A stretch of DNA of 64,000 nt from Octopus vulgaris (GCA_951406725.2 OX597823.1:56730001-56794000); one strand, 5' to 3'; counted from the first letter of the stretch, positions 1 to 15,672 are shown. The notes: generated from the letters alone by a model not told the origin. Numbers and translations: made by a program.

Positions 1-46
<46 letters not shown>

Positions 47-50
47 GGTA

Positions 51-449
51 TTCTTTTCTGCTCCAGGCACAAGATCTGAAATTCTTGCGGAGGGGGGAGT
101 CCATTGGATCGACCCCAGTACGCAACTGGTACTTAATTTATCGGCCCCGAAGGGATGAAAGGTAAAGTCGACCTCGGCGGAATTTGAACTCAGAACGTAA
201 AGGCAGACGAAATACCTATTTCTGTACTACCCACAAGGAGCTAAACACAGAAGGGACAAACAAGGACAGACAAACGGATTAAGTCGATTATATCGACCCC
301 AGTGCGTAACTGGTACTTATTTAATCGACCCCGAAAAGATGAAAGGCAAAATCGACCTAGGCAGAATTTGAACTCAGAACGTATCGGCAGACGAAATACC
401 GCTAAGCATTTCGTCCGACGTGCTAACGTTTCTGCCAGTTCGTAGCCTT
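51..449 (-). mobile_element. SINE family C dimer (183-bp period)
   Basis: Same unit and junction as 47347-47894. Confidence 0.85.
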
Positions 450-1831
450 ATATAGATAAAGATTTTGCCTATGTTGTTAGCAAGTTGCATTCCTAGTGTG
501 CCTGAATAGGAGAGGGCTCTTGTATATCCGCGCGCGTGTGTGTTGTGTCTGTTTGGATGAATGTATCTACCAAATTTTACTCACAAGGCATTGGTTGTCT
601 CAAGGCTATACTGGACGACATTTACCCAAGGCACCGCGCCGTGGATTTGAACCCGAACCTCGCGGTTGCAGAATTTTTTATACCCACATGACTGCGTCTA
701 TATATATTGTATTTATATATATATTTGCATGTATTCGTTTATTCTTTTATCCATGCTGAAGCACTATCGTGCACATGAATATATATACACCTACATATAT
801 ATATATATATATATCTTACATATATACAGAATGTACTTGCATACATAGATGCATACATACATACATACATACATACATACATACATACATAGATGTATGC
901 ATACATGCATGCATACACACTCACTCACTCACACATAGACGCACACACACTGACACACTGACACACATATATACACATATATACACACACATATATCAGT
1001 ACGTATGTATATTATTAATGCTCAACGAACTACGTATCTATGTATTGAATTGCCTGTTAATACTAATACGTGCTTTTACAGCATATGGTCGCACACAAGC
1101 GCACACATATATAAAAATATAAATGCATATGTGAGCGTGTATTATATATACATATGTTTTAGTGTATTTGTCTCCATATATATATACATACCTATAGCTA
1201 CTAAAGTACGTATATTCCTCTCATAGTTCCTATATCAAAATAAAATATATAAATTGTAAATGCCTGGTAATACATTTTGCTTATTAAGACGAAATGGATT
1301 TTCTTGTTTATCTCAATTACACAGGCTGAATTTGATTTAGTGAGCGTTGAATACACGCTCACACACACACACATACAAAACTTGCTCACAGCTCTTCGTA
1401 AATATACCTTCTACGTAAAAATTCTCGCACACATATTCATCCAAACAGACACGCGACACACACACATATACACGCATGCATGTATGCACGAATACAGACA
1501 TGTTACTCTCCTATTCAGACACGCATAGAATACAACTTGCTGGCAACATAGACAAAATCTGAAAATTAAGGAAGCTAATCAGAAGAAGCCTGGCATTAAA
1601 CTAGCTTTAATTTCTTGATAGCGCTCCACCTTGGATTCAGTCTCGCTTGCACATATTACTTTTCCATGCAAGCACAACACACACACATACACATACACAT
1701 ACACACACACACGAGTGCGCACACGCACACATGCATACCCAGAGACACACCGATGCACAAATAGATAGGTAGACAAACATTTATATATATACATATATGC
1801 ATATCTGTAATCTCAGAGTTTTATGATATAA

Positions 1832-1901
<70 letters not shown>

Positions 1902-1915
1902 TTGTGTATACACAC

Positions 1916-1965
<50 letters not shown>

Positions 1966-1967
<2 letters not shown>

Positions 1968-2241
1968 AGGCGCAATGGCCCAGTGGTTAGGGCAACGGAC
2001 TCGCGATCGTAGAGTCGTGGTTTGGATTCCCATACCGGGCGTTGTGAGTGCTTATTGAGCGAAAACACCTAAAGCTCCACGAGGCTACGGCAGGGGGTGG
2101 TGCGATCTCTGCTGTACGCTTTCGCCACAACTTTCTCTCATTCTTTCTTCTGTTGGCCTGCTCGCTTAGCCACCGGGGTGGCGTCATTTGAAGGCTAAAA
2201 CAATTCAAGGCGCATTGTGACCAGAGATGTGTAGCAACACG

Positions 2242-2244
<3 letters not shown>
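1966..2244 (+). mobile_element. tRNA(Arg-like)-derived SINE family A
   Basis: A-box TGGCCCAGTGG, degenerate B-box and TGAGCGAAAACACCTAAAGCTCCAC. Copies at 11230-11420 (-), 12453-12557 (+), 13064-13368 (+), 33251-33559 (-) and 60743-60862 (+). Confidence 0.85.
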
Positions 2245-2280
<36 letters not shown>

Positions 2281-2283
<3 letters not shown>

Positions 2284-2375
2284 TAAGCCAAACAAGAAAA
2301 CAAAAAAACACAACAACGCAAGGACGTGGAACAAATATAGTATTATTGGACGCTCAGAAAAGAAGGGAAGAAGGA
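2281..2375 (-). mobile_element. Short PLE 3'-tail fragment in (TA)n
   Basis: Reverse complement CTGAGCGTCCAATAATACTAT...TTCCACGTCCTTGCG resembles 20443-20520. Confidence 0.5.
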
Positions 2376-2906
2376 TATATGTATATATGTTCATCACCTA
2401 AAAGTGGATGTTGCGTTTGAACATACATATACTGCGAGAGAATACCAAGAGAGAAATCTCTCACATGCTTATCTGGTGCATAAAAGCACATCATAGCTAT
2501 CACCAGCAGCAGATAATCAATACTGCTTCCGCTGCCAGAACTATCAGATCACGTTGATTTCGGCCTCTTTTGCCCTTGTCAATGATAGACATCTAACCAC
2601 TGAAAACAGCAGAAACTGCCGTGCTAGCGATATAAATAGAAATACAGAACCTAAAAAGGCACTGCTGTCGCTAAAACCCAGTTGGCTTATTAAAAACCAA
2701 ACAGAAGCCGTATTAATATCAGAAGATAAGATAATCAGCAATTAAGCATGGATACTGCATTAGAACACAAACCATATGATAATGTACTATCTTGGTAAAT
2801 ATTGCCGTATCTGTGTGTGTTCTAATGCAGCTTCCACTTTTAAAAGGTGAATATTTTACTATTTTGGTATTGATACTTCTTCTGTCCCTCCTCCCTCCTC
2901 CCTCCT

Positions 2907-2991
<85 letters not shown>

Positions 2992-4483
2992 AAACAATAC
3001 TGGGAGGATAAGAGACGGAACGAAGCGAAAATTCGAAAATTCGAAAATTCGAACGAACCCGACGCGAAGCGCTGTCAGACAATAGTGTAATAAATAAAAT
3101 ATATGCATACATACAAACATATATGTACGTACCGACATCTACATGTATATATATACATGCATATATAAATATATATACGTACAGGACACCACAAAATGAC
3201 GTAAAACTCAACAGAAACGAAAACGGAGAAGCCATTTTGTTACAACAGAAAGACAGAGACGTGGAACAGGACGAGAACGAAAACGGGAAAAACATTATTT
3301 ACAACAGAAAAAAAAAGGTACAGGACATGCTACACAAGGAAAAATCCCCTTCATCAGCTGTCACTAGTAGACTTAGCGTGTTTCGAAGGCAAGACAGGAC
3401 ACGACTCGTCAATACTAGGCCTTCCTGCGAGAGAATTAAAATAAAATAACCTCGCAGAATAGATAGATATAGTATCACTTCAGAGCAATTAATTTATAAT
3501 TTACACAGAGTGCGGAGTAATTGTAGTAAATAGGTAAAATCTTTCGCAGCTGTTTCTAGAATAGCTAAGCAGTTGGATCTTATATTATCAAGTACAGATT
3601 TACACGTTGGGTAGGTATTCCGTTATTGGAAAGAGAGGGAGAGAGAGAGGGGGAGAGAGAAATAAGGAATATCCTTAACCCAGGATATTATTAGTTACCG
3701 GTTTATTGAAGGATTGAAGAATTAAAGAGTGTCCAAAGTAAAAGATGGTATTAATTGGTAGATCCATGATCAAAAGATTAAGGAGGCCCATAGTAAAAGA
3801 TAGTGCCAGTTTGCAGATTCATTGTTGAAGCATCATGAAAATCCGTGGTAAAAGACGTTAAAAGTTACTAGTTCCTGCGTTGAAAATAGAGGTAGATATG
3901 AGTGGAAGTCCTTCATATAGTATATGAGAATATGAAGGTGAGTAGTAAATGCATGAGCGCCTTCCACTCAGTCTATCTCACTCGCGAGCCATGTTTTGTA
4001 TTCACATATTGAAAGGATGAATAGAACAACCTGTACATTGAACCCTGACAGGTTGGGATTGGTTGTCCAGCTACATCGAAAGATCATCGTCTTACGATAA
4101 TTGAGCACAGTCTCAGGACTGACAACCACAAGGAACACATACACACAGAAATAGCTCTCACTTCAATAACTTCACTGGCCTGTGAACACTGGAATTTATA
4201 TCAGCGACAGGTGTGGAGAACACACAGTTGTTCATCGCATTCTGAAGGAGTCCATCTTTGCCTGTTTCCACTGAGTCCACTATCAGAGTTGCCCGAACAA
4301 AACTAGAATGGAGAGTGGAAAGAGTGCTACACGTCCACACAATCATGTTCGTTCCTCGTGATTCATCATTACGTGTCGGAGTGTGTAGTAATGGTCATCA
4401 GATTGATGTTGTACCACAGGTAACTTGGTTCTGTGTGGTGCGTCTCGTTGATCGGCCGACTATATGAATGATGTGGGGTTATA

Positions 4484-4820
4484 CCAGCAGCACCAGCACC
4501 ATCAGCACCCCCACCAGCTCCAGCAGTACAAGCACCACCTTAGGGTCCACCACCCGCAACACCGCAGGCTCCACCACCAGCACCACCGCAGGCTCCACCA
4601 CCCGCACCACCGCAGGCTCCACCACCCGCACCACCGCAGGCTCCACCACCAGCACCACCGCAGGCTCCACCACTAGCACCAACACTACCAGCATCTCCAA
4701 CACTATCAGCATCTCCAGCACCACCGCAGGCTCCACCACTAGCACCAACACTACCAGCATCTCCAACACTATCACCGCCACAACCACTACCACTACCTCC
4801 ACCATCATTACCAGCACCAC
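4484..4820. repeat. 24-bp GC-rich minisatellite (CACCACCGCAGGCTCCACCACCCG)
   Basis: About 6 tandem units, plus a duplicated 66-nt block. Confidence 0.85.
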
Positions 4821-4948
4821 GTGGAGATCTTCCAGTCCTTATGCATGAAAATATTTCCATATAGCATACGAAACATACTTTTACAACAATATACATGCAT
4901 ACAAATACACACATACACATTTACACACACACACACACACACACACAT

Positions 4949-4993
<45 letters not shown>

Positions 4994-5414
4994 TGCTTTC
5001 CGTCACTTAATATTTGAGCCAAGTTCAATAATATTAGCAACAAATATATTATAGTTGATAATAGTTGAATGGTAATAGTTGATAATAGTTGAATGGTAAA
5101 CGTTTCTTGTTCTTATAATACATAAATAAATGACCACCACAGACACATTCCAGAAGTCATGTATGGATGGCATGGAACTTAAGATTTTGGGTTTTTTTTT
5201 TCTTTTGTTTTCCTCATCATTACAGCTGGGAAGATATACGATGTTGAAAACCTTCCAAGACAATGCTAAGATAAATATGGAAGAATTATAGCTAAAACTG
5301 CAGATTACAATGAATTAGGCTATTTGTGAGTGTAGTGTGTATGTGTGTGTGTGTGTATGCGTGGTTGTGAGCGCGTGCGTGTGTATATATGTATATGTAT
5401 ACACACACACACAC

Positions 5415-5445
<31 letters not shown>

Positions 5446-5527
5446 CATACATATATATATTATATATTACAAACACATATACGTATATGCATATGTGCAT
5501 ATATATATATGTGCATATATATATATA

Positions 5528-5558
<31 letters not shown>

Positions 5559-5594
5559 GAGTGTAAATATATATATATATATAAAAACTTATTA

Positions 5595-5625
<31 letters not shown>

Positions 5626-6172
5626 TGTATGTGTGTGTGTGTGTGTGTGTGTTTTGGGAGAGTTTGTTCAAGAAATTTATGATTGCTCTGTCAGAAAAAC
5701 TTCACTTAGCCATTGATTTGAGGACAGTATAACGGAAGGTAGAAAAAAAAAATATATATATAGTTTGGAAAAATTACTGAATGTATGTCAATATGCAGCA
5801 GCAGCAGCCGAAGCAGCATTGGCAACAGCATGAACATCGGCAGCAACAGCAGCAGTAACATCGACAGGAACAACAACAGCAACAGTCATAACGTGTTCAT
5901 TTGTTAGAGAACACGAGATGCAGTTGAAATGTCGACAACAGTAGAAATGTATATATAACACACCATGGGGATCAAATTGTTACGGTTGATATGTGCGTCT
6001 GTCTGTAAGACATTGGGAACCGAGAGAAAACTTCTGAATGATAACAGAGTACACAAATTCACGTGTTAGTGTATATTTATCATCATTGCTTGCAAAAAGA
6101 ATGGTCAAATTCGCCACCTGAGCAGAGTGATGAAGTGTTGTGCATATCGGAGAATTATATTACATATATATG

Positions 6173-6324
<152 letters not shown>

Positions 6325-6392
6325 TGTGTGTGTATGTATGTGTGTATGTGTGTATGTGTGTGTATATGTATATATATGTATGCATATGTATG

Positions 6393-6439
<47 letters not shown>

Positions 6440-6637
6440 ATATATACATATGTATGAATATGACTATATATATACATATATATGTATATAAATATATTAT
6501 TTTACACATACACACATATTTATATACATATATGTATATATGTATTTATATACATATGTATCACTCTCTCCCTCCCTCTCTGTCTGTCTGTCTGTCTGTC
6601 TCTGTCTCTGTCTCTCTGTCTCTCTGTCTCTCTCTCT

Positions 6638-6706
<69 letters not shown>

Positions 6707-7582
6707 GAGTGTAAGTTCAAAATATATTGCTGAGTAAAACTCGTAAAACATAAAGGAAAGAACAGAAGACGACGAAGTTACTCTGCTCCTGACAGAAAAC
6801 TAACGTGCAGAAAATATTCTACGTCATATTAAATCAATAAAAAATACAAAACTACATCTTGTATAAGAGAGACCGATCAGTTCTCTAAATGTTCGTACGG
6901 TCTGCTAGATATAACAACCAAACAACCTTCATACGTATTCTTTTGTCTGAAAGAAATAGATAGGTTTGAGAAAGTATATTCCAAGATAAACTGTCTTCGA
7001 AATAAGATGAAATATATATAGCTGGAATAAGTATGGTTATACTACTCTTCGATCAGCACTAATCTAGAGCTATAAAAGAAGAACAAGGAAAGGTCTATGC
7101 GGTCAATTGGCCTTTTAGAAATAGGAGTTAAGTTTTCTTAATTCATAGTGGCGTCTTGAAAATCATATCCATGAGCAAGGGACTTTTACTACAGCCGTGA
7201 GTGGATTTGGTAGACGGAAACTGATAGAAGCCTGTCATATTATATATATATCTATATCTCTATCTCTATATATATGTATGTATGTATGTGTATATGTATC
7301 TATGTTTGTCCCCCATGGCCGCTTGACAGCCGGACCGGTGTTGGTGTGTTTATATGCCAGTAAATTAGAAGTTCGGCAAAAGATACCGATAAAATGAGTA
7401 CTAGGATTTAAAAAATCCTAGGGTAAATTTGTTTCTACTAAAAGTCTTCAAGGCTGTGTGCCCCAGTATGGCCGAAGTCAAATGACTGAAACAAGTAAAA
7501 GATAAAAGATAATGTTGAAAGTATTTCAACATTTCAACCACACACACACACATTCACACAAGCGCTCGACACAAACATACGA

Positions 7583-7687
<105 letters not shown>

Positions 7688-7707
7688 GTATGTGTATGTG
7701 TTTGTGA

Positions 7708-7738
<31 letters not shown>

Positions 7739-8189
7739 CATGAATATATTAATAATAAAAGGGTAAAATTAATTAATTTAAGTAATAATTTTACCAAGTA
7801 GATCGGTACGTTAAAATTATACAAATATTCTATAATAATAAACATAATTATAATTAGGGGTCAGCTAATTGCTTTCCCACATACCGAATTTAGAAATACG
7901 AGTTAGAAATTCCTCTTCTACTACTAAGAATCTCCCAGATAGTAACACACTTTTTTATGTAGGCAAAAAGAAAAGTAATGAATCCACACGACTCCGATTA
8001 GCCACATCTTCAGTATTCGTAACATACACGTAGGTACAACGGATAAATATGTATTCACATTCGGTTGTGTAAATTTTGGAAGTGTTGGTTGGATATCTGT
8101 TGCGTGATGACGCAGAGTTGTGCTGGCAGAGAACAGCACAACTATTCCATGCTCAAAATTCAGTATTATTCCTGGATGAATAAGAAAAC

Positions 8190-8997
8190 AGAGCTCCTAG
8201 ACGTGTTCAAACATAGGAATACAATACCTCCTAAAACAACAGCCGTTAGATGTATCAATTATTGGTCCTTTCAAGAAAGCCCTTCGTGTTGAATGGGAGA
8301 ATTGGTTTTCAAATGGAAAAAAGGAGTATACAAATAAAGGATATCGCAAAAACCCTTCTTATCAAGAGATAGTGAACTTTGTGACCCAAGCTGTTACCAC
8401 TTTAAATAAAGAAACTATAAAGCATGCTTTTGAATGTTGTGGAATTGCTCCTCATGGACAGACTGTAGAACACAGCCTCTTAAACTCATGCTTAAAGGAT
8501 GTTTTGTCTGGCCTTGAAGTAAATGCGCCAGATGCACATAATGACAAAATTGAAGAAGATGAGATACAAGTAAGTGAAATTTGCTGATGTGAATTATGGC
8601 CAAGGAACAAATAAAGAAATACGTGATATTTAATTTGAAACTTTTCGGTTATTATTCTAGCAGAAATGCCTAAGGATATTATTTGTTCATATGAGGCTTC
8701 TGTTCATGTTTTCAACAGTTTAATTTTCAATATTTCCTAATAGATCCATTGTTAACTTCAGAATATTTTTTAATATGCTACTCCTTTTCGGGCTGTTTCA
8801 GTTTCTTTATATCTATATATCTGATAACTGAAATGATAGAAGTTCAATGGAATTGTATAAAATAAATCTGGTTTTTCCTAGGTGATAAATCTTACTTCCA
8901 TATTACTGCCCATGGGTGCTTATTTAAGCCATAAAAAAGTGTTGTAAAACAGAATTTTTCGTTTAACAGCCCTGGGCGGATTTTCGGAAAACCCTGG
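8190..8997 (+). pseudogene. pogo/Tigger DDE transposase relic with probable 3' TIR
   Basis: IPPKTT(fs)QPLDVSIIGPFKKALRVEWENWF...PSYQEIVNFV...IKHAFECCGI. Ends GGATTTTCGGAAAACCCTGG-TA. Confidence 0.8.
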
Positions 8998-9004
8998 TAA
9001 GAAC

Positions 9005-9039
<35 letters not shown>

Positions 9040-9057
9040 TGTATGTATGTATGTATG

Positions 9058-9091
<34 letters not shown>

Positions 9092-9905
9092 TGTATGTAT
9101 GTATGTATGTATGTATGTATGTATGTATGTGTGTATGTATGTATGCATGCATGCATGCATGTATGTAGGTATGTATGTATGTATGGATGAATGGATGGAT
9201 GTATGTATGGATGAATGGATGGATGCATGTATGCGTGTGTTTGTGTGTGTGAGTGTGTGTTTGTGTTTGAGTTTATTAATGTGCGCGTATATATGGTTGG
9301 CAAAAGAGACCGACAGAGAAAGAACCAGGCTTAAATTAGTTCGATCAAAATTATTCAAGGCGGTGCCCCAGCATGGCCACGGCCTAGTGATTAAAAGAAG
9401 TAAAAGATAAAACACACACACACGCATATTTGCGTAAATAGGAAACAGCTTTTATGTTAAACAGGTTTTAATAAAAAGACAAATATGAAATCTAGAATTC
9501 ACAATTATATTATTATAAATCCGGTGTTGATGATGATTTAAAAAAAAAAATAAATCATAAAATTATTGCCAAGACCCCTTGCATCTAATCGCAAAGCGTA
9601 CGAACAACAAACTAAACCAAACCATTAACACCACTTTATCTTTTAAAAAATGGGATTGTGAAATTTTTGAAACGTCAGTAGACTAATGCATTTGGGAACA
9701 TAATAGTTTTAAAGTAAACACAAAGGACTAATACAAAAATAAGTAAAATATTTTTACATAAAAGAGTAATCTGTAACAAAGGTGTGTTTTAAATATAGCG
9801 CAGACATAATTACACCCATCACCAAAGATATGTAGATGTTTCTAGCGATGTACATTCGTAAAACTTACTTGAAGCACAATCTCTCCACCTCTCTCTCTCT
9901 ACCCC

Positions 9906-9970
<65 letters not shown>

Positions 9971-10189
9971 TATATATATATGTTCTTTTACTTGCTTCAC
10001 TCATTTGACTGCGGGCATGCCGGAGCACCTCCCTAAAAAGTTTTAGTCTAACAACTCCACCCCAGGACTCATTTTTAAGCCTAATACTTATGTTATCAGT
10101 CCCTTTTGCCGTAAACATACCTACACCGGTTGTCAATCGGTGATGGGAAAAAGCACAGACAGAAAGACACACTTAGATATACATATATG

Positions 10190-10258
<69 letters not shown>

Positions 10259-10398
10259 GTATATATAAGTTCAGCAAAATTTAGATTCAGATGAATATGG
10301 TACTTAAGTTAAAGGCACCAGAATTTGATATAGTATTATCCATATAAATCAAATGGGGTGATTATAATCAAAATAAGCAACAAGGATATCCAAGGTAG

Positions 10399-10486
10399 TG
10401 TAGTACAATCGTTTCATGCTACTTCATTATATTAAACAATGTAAGTATTACATCAATTTTAAAATGTAAAGCAATCTTCAGCCACA
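10399..10486 (-). ncRNA. Type-I hammerhead ribozyme with long stem II
   Basis: Reverse complement TGTGG-CTGAAGA-TTGC...(~65 nt)...GCAT-GAAAC-GATT-GTA-CTACA. Canonical core and 5-bp stem I. Confidence 0.75.
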
Positions 10487-10884
10487 TATAGAATTTTTAA
10501 AATTAAATGGACAATGTATATTTTTATACTTATTTCATTTTCCAACATTACAAAGAGGGTAGATATATAGACAGTGATATATATATCACTCAGTTCACTT
10601 TATGCTAGACTTAATATTTATTAACTGAAAAAAACCCCAAATAAAGAAACCCCCTCCCCATTGATAAATGTAAATAACAAAGTGAACTCAGTGATAAAAA
10701 AATCTACCAATGGAGAAGGATCTTCTACTACCATGTTCTTAATGTTCTTAATCAACCTCTCTATCTATATATCTACCCTCTTTGTAATGTTGGCAAATGA
10801 AATAAGTATAAAAATGTACATTGTCCATTTAATTAAAAATATTCTATATGTGACTGAAGATTGCATTACATTTTAAAACTGATG
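10451..10884. repeat. Inverted repeat (10451-10572 / 10763-10884) duplicating the 5' half of the HHR
   Basis: The arms are reverse-complementary. The right arm ends just after CTGAAGA-TTGC, next to (TA)n. Confidence 0.8.
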
Positions 10885-10895
10885 GGATATATATA

Positions 10896-10931
<36 letters not shown>

Positions 10932-10985
10932 CGTAAGCATGTATAATCGCTAAGCGTACGAACAATAAACCAACACACACACACA

Positions 10986-11050
<65 letters not shown>

Positions 11051-12712
11051 GATGCAGCACGAAGTTTTGTCAGGCACGATAGACTAGCGGTTGCACAGGC
11101 GCGAAAGCTACGTTGTTATGCTCATTCTGTAAACCATCCTGGAGTAAAGAGGATTCGTAATCAAGACTAGAGTCTTAAAATTTTACCACACCATAGTGGG
11201 TTACGCCATGGTTCCTCTGCTTTGTGGCAAAAGTAGGAAGAAAGAGTGAGAGAAAGCTGTGGCGAAAGGGTACCGCGGGGTTCACCACTACCCCCGCCAG
11301 AGCCCCGTGAAGCTTAGGTGTTTTTGCTCAATAAAATTTCTCACAATGCCCGGTCTGTGAATCGAAACCGCGTTCTTACGACCGTGAGTCCGCTACCTTA
11401 ACCACTGTGCCATTGCGCCGCCACGCTGTTGCTGTTGCTCCTGATGCTCGTGTTGACGACGACGACGGGGATGATGATGATGATGATGATGAAAATTACA
11501 AAACGTGCGTAAAGGTGTACAGCAACAGTTATGATGAGGATTTCTTCCTTTTCCACTTTTTCCTTTCCTTTCTTTCTTAAAGAGGACAAGAACGATAACA
11601 ATAACAGTAAGATCGACGCTGACGACGCTGACGATGTGAACGATATTGAGACGATACAAAAAAAGCGGGGGAAACAGCGTGAAACTAATAGTATAAAATC
11701 ATCTGTAAAGATTAGCAACAGTGTTCCGCCAATTAACACCTTAGATGTACAAGTCCATCTTCGCATTTTCATATGGTTAAGTGGAATGGACAGAAATTAT
11801 AGTAAATGGTTGAAAAATCTAAGAAATGCTTCCAAGGTCGTTGCATGCACCACTGTAAAGCATTCACTTAGTGTATATATATTTCCCTCGTGGTGAAGAC
11901 AGGTAAAAATTGGCTTAATTAGCAAGTGCTCTTAAATTAGCAAAAATGGGCCAATAATAGCTCTTGGAGTTAGATGATGAGGACACAAATAAGCTAGTCT
12001 TGAGGGATAAATATAAAAGAATGAAGCTCACACGGCAATTCTGAGTAAATGGCTTTTGTTAACATCGCTAATAGTAAACTGTCAGAGATTGTTACTGCAA
12101 AAAGTAGTAATATAGTAGTTTAGCTTAATCACAGAATTTAACTGTGGCATTGGCATTTGAAGAGAAGATAAATTGGAGGGGGAGAGTGTGGGGAGAAAGA
12201 CAATGTGTATGAATAAGGCAAAGTAGGGTGGAGAGTTTAAACGGCTTAATATCAGTTCAAACAGTTTAACATCAGGATCTTGTATTTAGCGAAAGTGTAT
12301 GCTCTATTGCTAGCATTTGAGCCAGATGTCCTATTCCTACTCAATCGATGTTATCTTTTTTTTTAATCCTTTCCAGACTTCATTTCTAGCCCCGCCAATG
12401 AAGGGCATCGCCATTGTCCTACCTCTCCATTATTAATATTACCACTACACGTGGGGGCACTTGGCCTAGTGGTTAGAGCAGCGTACTCGCGGTCGAGGGA
12501 TCGCGGGTTCGAATCTCAGACCGGGCGATGTGTGTGTTTATGAGCGAAACACCTAAGTAACCTATTATGTAGTGATAGAGACGTAAGAAAAAATGGTTTA
12601 GAGGAGGAGGTAAGCGCTTGCTAATGAAATCCTGAAGGCGGTTGAAACTATTGTCGAGGTGATCTTTCTTTTGTTCGCTTTAGTGAATCTGTATAAAGAC
12701 AGCATATCTATC

Positions 12713-12771
<59 letters not shown>

Positions 12772-13063
12772 TTACCGCTTTAGTCTTTGCCAAGGATTCA
12801 TCACGATGCCCTGGGTCTTACACACGCCCCCCCCCACAAAAGTGAGTTTAAACGGATATAATCCTGGCGATTACCGTGATTCCTCTTAAATCAGTTTCAT
12901 ATGCCGGCTAATCACAACGGTCCTGTAGTGATACCCGGGTAACAACTCTAGCTTGGTAAATTTGATTGTTCCATTTAGAACTGCATAGCTTCTGTAGTGT
13001 AATAGTATTATCATTAATATTATTAATTTTATTAATATTAATATCATTATTAATACTCCATGT

Positions 13064-13368
13064 GAAGGCACATGGTCTAGTGGTTACAGCAGCTGACTCG
13101 TGGTCGAGGAATCGCGAGTTCGAATCCCAGACCGGGCGATGTGCGTATTTATGAGCGAAGCATTTAAGCTCAACGCGGCTCCGGCAGAAGGTAATGGCGA
13201 ACTCCTGCAGACTCTTTCGCCACAACTTTCTCTCACTCTTTCCTCCTGCATCTTGCAGCTCACCTGCGACGGACCGGCATCCCGTTCAGGTGGGGAACCT
13301 ATACACCAAGGAAACCGGGAGACCGGCCCTTATGAGCCAGGCGTGGCTCGAGAAGGAACAAACAACAA
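13064..13368 (+). mobile_element. SINE family A with (AAC)n tail
   Basis: tRNA head GAGTTCGAATCCC; ends GAAGGAACAAACAACAA. Confidence 0.85.
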
Positions 13369-13384
13369 TTAATAATACACACAC

Positions 13385-13867
<483 letters not shown>

Positions 13868-14106
13868 ATTTTCGCTGTAGATTATATGCAGTTATACTTG
13901 CACTCAGTCTACCAACTATTGTTGGTAAATAATACTGAATAAAACAATAATATTCTGAAGATCTGCAATTTCAACCCTATTAATGCAACCGTTTGCGTAT
14001 CAATTATCGTATAACATACTACAATTCTCTAATGAAACATGCATAAGGTCATGTGATTTATGGTGAAGTAAAAACTTAGACACAGCCTCCCGTTTGTCTC
14101 TGCTTT

Positions 14107-14151
<45 letters not shown>

Positions 14152-14180
14152 TCAAATAAACAATAAAATAAAATGAACTA

Positions 14181-14390
14181 CAGTAATCCCTCAGCATATC
14201 GCGGTTTGTTACCTAAGCTTACGTCGATTCCTCCATGGTGTTGTTTTGCATTTATAATAAAATAAATATAAGCAAATTATAAAAATGATAACAAATATTT
14301 AAAAAGAGTGAAAGAGTACAATACTGTTTCTACTTTGCGGATTTTGAGATGGGAATGGAAGTAACACCCGAGATAGTCGAGGGTTTACTG
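14181..14390. mobile_element. Tigger/pogo-type MITE
   Basis: TA-CAGTAATCCCTC ... GAGGGTTTACTG-TA: TIRs with a TA target duplication. Confidence 0.8.
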
Positions 14391-14414
14391 TATACAGGCA
14401 ACAAATGGATGTGC

Positions 14415-14545
14415 ACAAGGAGTATATTAGTTAATAGTTTGACGCTCAGTGAAAAGGGAGAGTCTTTGACGTTTCGAGCAAAGTTCTTCGTCGGAAAGGA
14501 GAAAGGGATAAGCCTTAAGAAGGAAAAGAAGACGTGAGGATTTAT
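14415..14545 (-). mobile_element. Diverged PLE 3'-end fragment, with HHR at 14464-14498
   Basis: Reverse complement CTTT-CCGACGA-A-GAAC(TTT)GCTC-GAAAC-GTC-AAAG, followed by CTGAGCGTCAAACTA, similar to the PLE tail. Confidence 0.65.
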
Positions 14546-14743
14546 GCATGTACATCTTTGCTTTTGAGTTTGTTCCTCCTGATCACCGCCCTACTAGAGC
14601 CGTTGGTTTCTTTATGTCAGCATAACTTAGCAACTAAATACAAGACAACGACTAGACTAGCACTAGACTTGGAATATGTACTGGCGTCGATTTTATCGAC
14701 TCAACCTTTTGTCCAATGACCGAAATCTATCAAAGTGTAAATA

Positions 14744-14845
<102 letters not shown>

Positions 14846-14956
14846 GATGTATTATATATAGATAGAAAGACAGACAGATAGATAGATAGATAGGTAGACA
14901 GACAGGCAGACAGATAGGTAGATAGATGAAGACGTCCGTCAAGAATGTATGGCAGA

Positions 14957-15023
<67 letters not shown>

Positions 15024-15489
15024 AACAGAGGGGGAAAGGAAAGGAAGAGAAAGATATATATAGAGAGAGGAGGAAAAGCATTCAGTGTTAATATATTTCA
15101 ACTTGAAATACATACTGATATGATTACCCTTGCAACATGTCCACTTATTTTTCTTGTTCACACCTCATCTTAGACAATGTATCATAGAGGTCTTGATGGA
15201 AGCACGCGCTTTTTCTCACGCACATATAAATATTATATAAATACACTCACGCACATGTTCACACGCGTTCGTGCATACACATATATATTATATATGTGTG
15301 TATGTGCGTATGTGTGTGAGCGTGTGAGTGTGTGCGTGTGTACTTGTATATTTATGTATATATAAATCTATTTGTACGCACATACATACACACATAGGTA
15401 TACACAAATGTATATTTTATATATATTCACAAATAAATATGTGTACACATACACACACACACACATATATATATAGACATAAAACACCC

Positions 15490-15561
<72 letters not shown>

Positions 15562-15598
15562 CCCTCTCTGTCTCTGTCTCTGTCACTGTCTGTCTGTC

Positions 15599-15672
<74 letters not shown>

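Noticed and set aside
1966-2040. Functional tRNA genes at SINE heads (also 12453, 13064, 13493, 60743)
   Set aside because: Acceptor stems are not formed and each continues into shared SINE body sequence.
4468-4848. Mucin-like Thr/Ser ORF
   Set aside because: It is a minisatellite open in several frames on both strands, with no clear splice or signal context.
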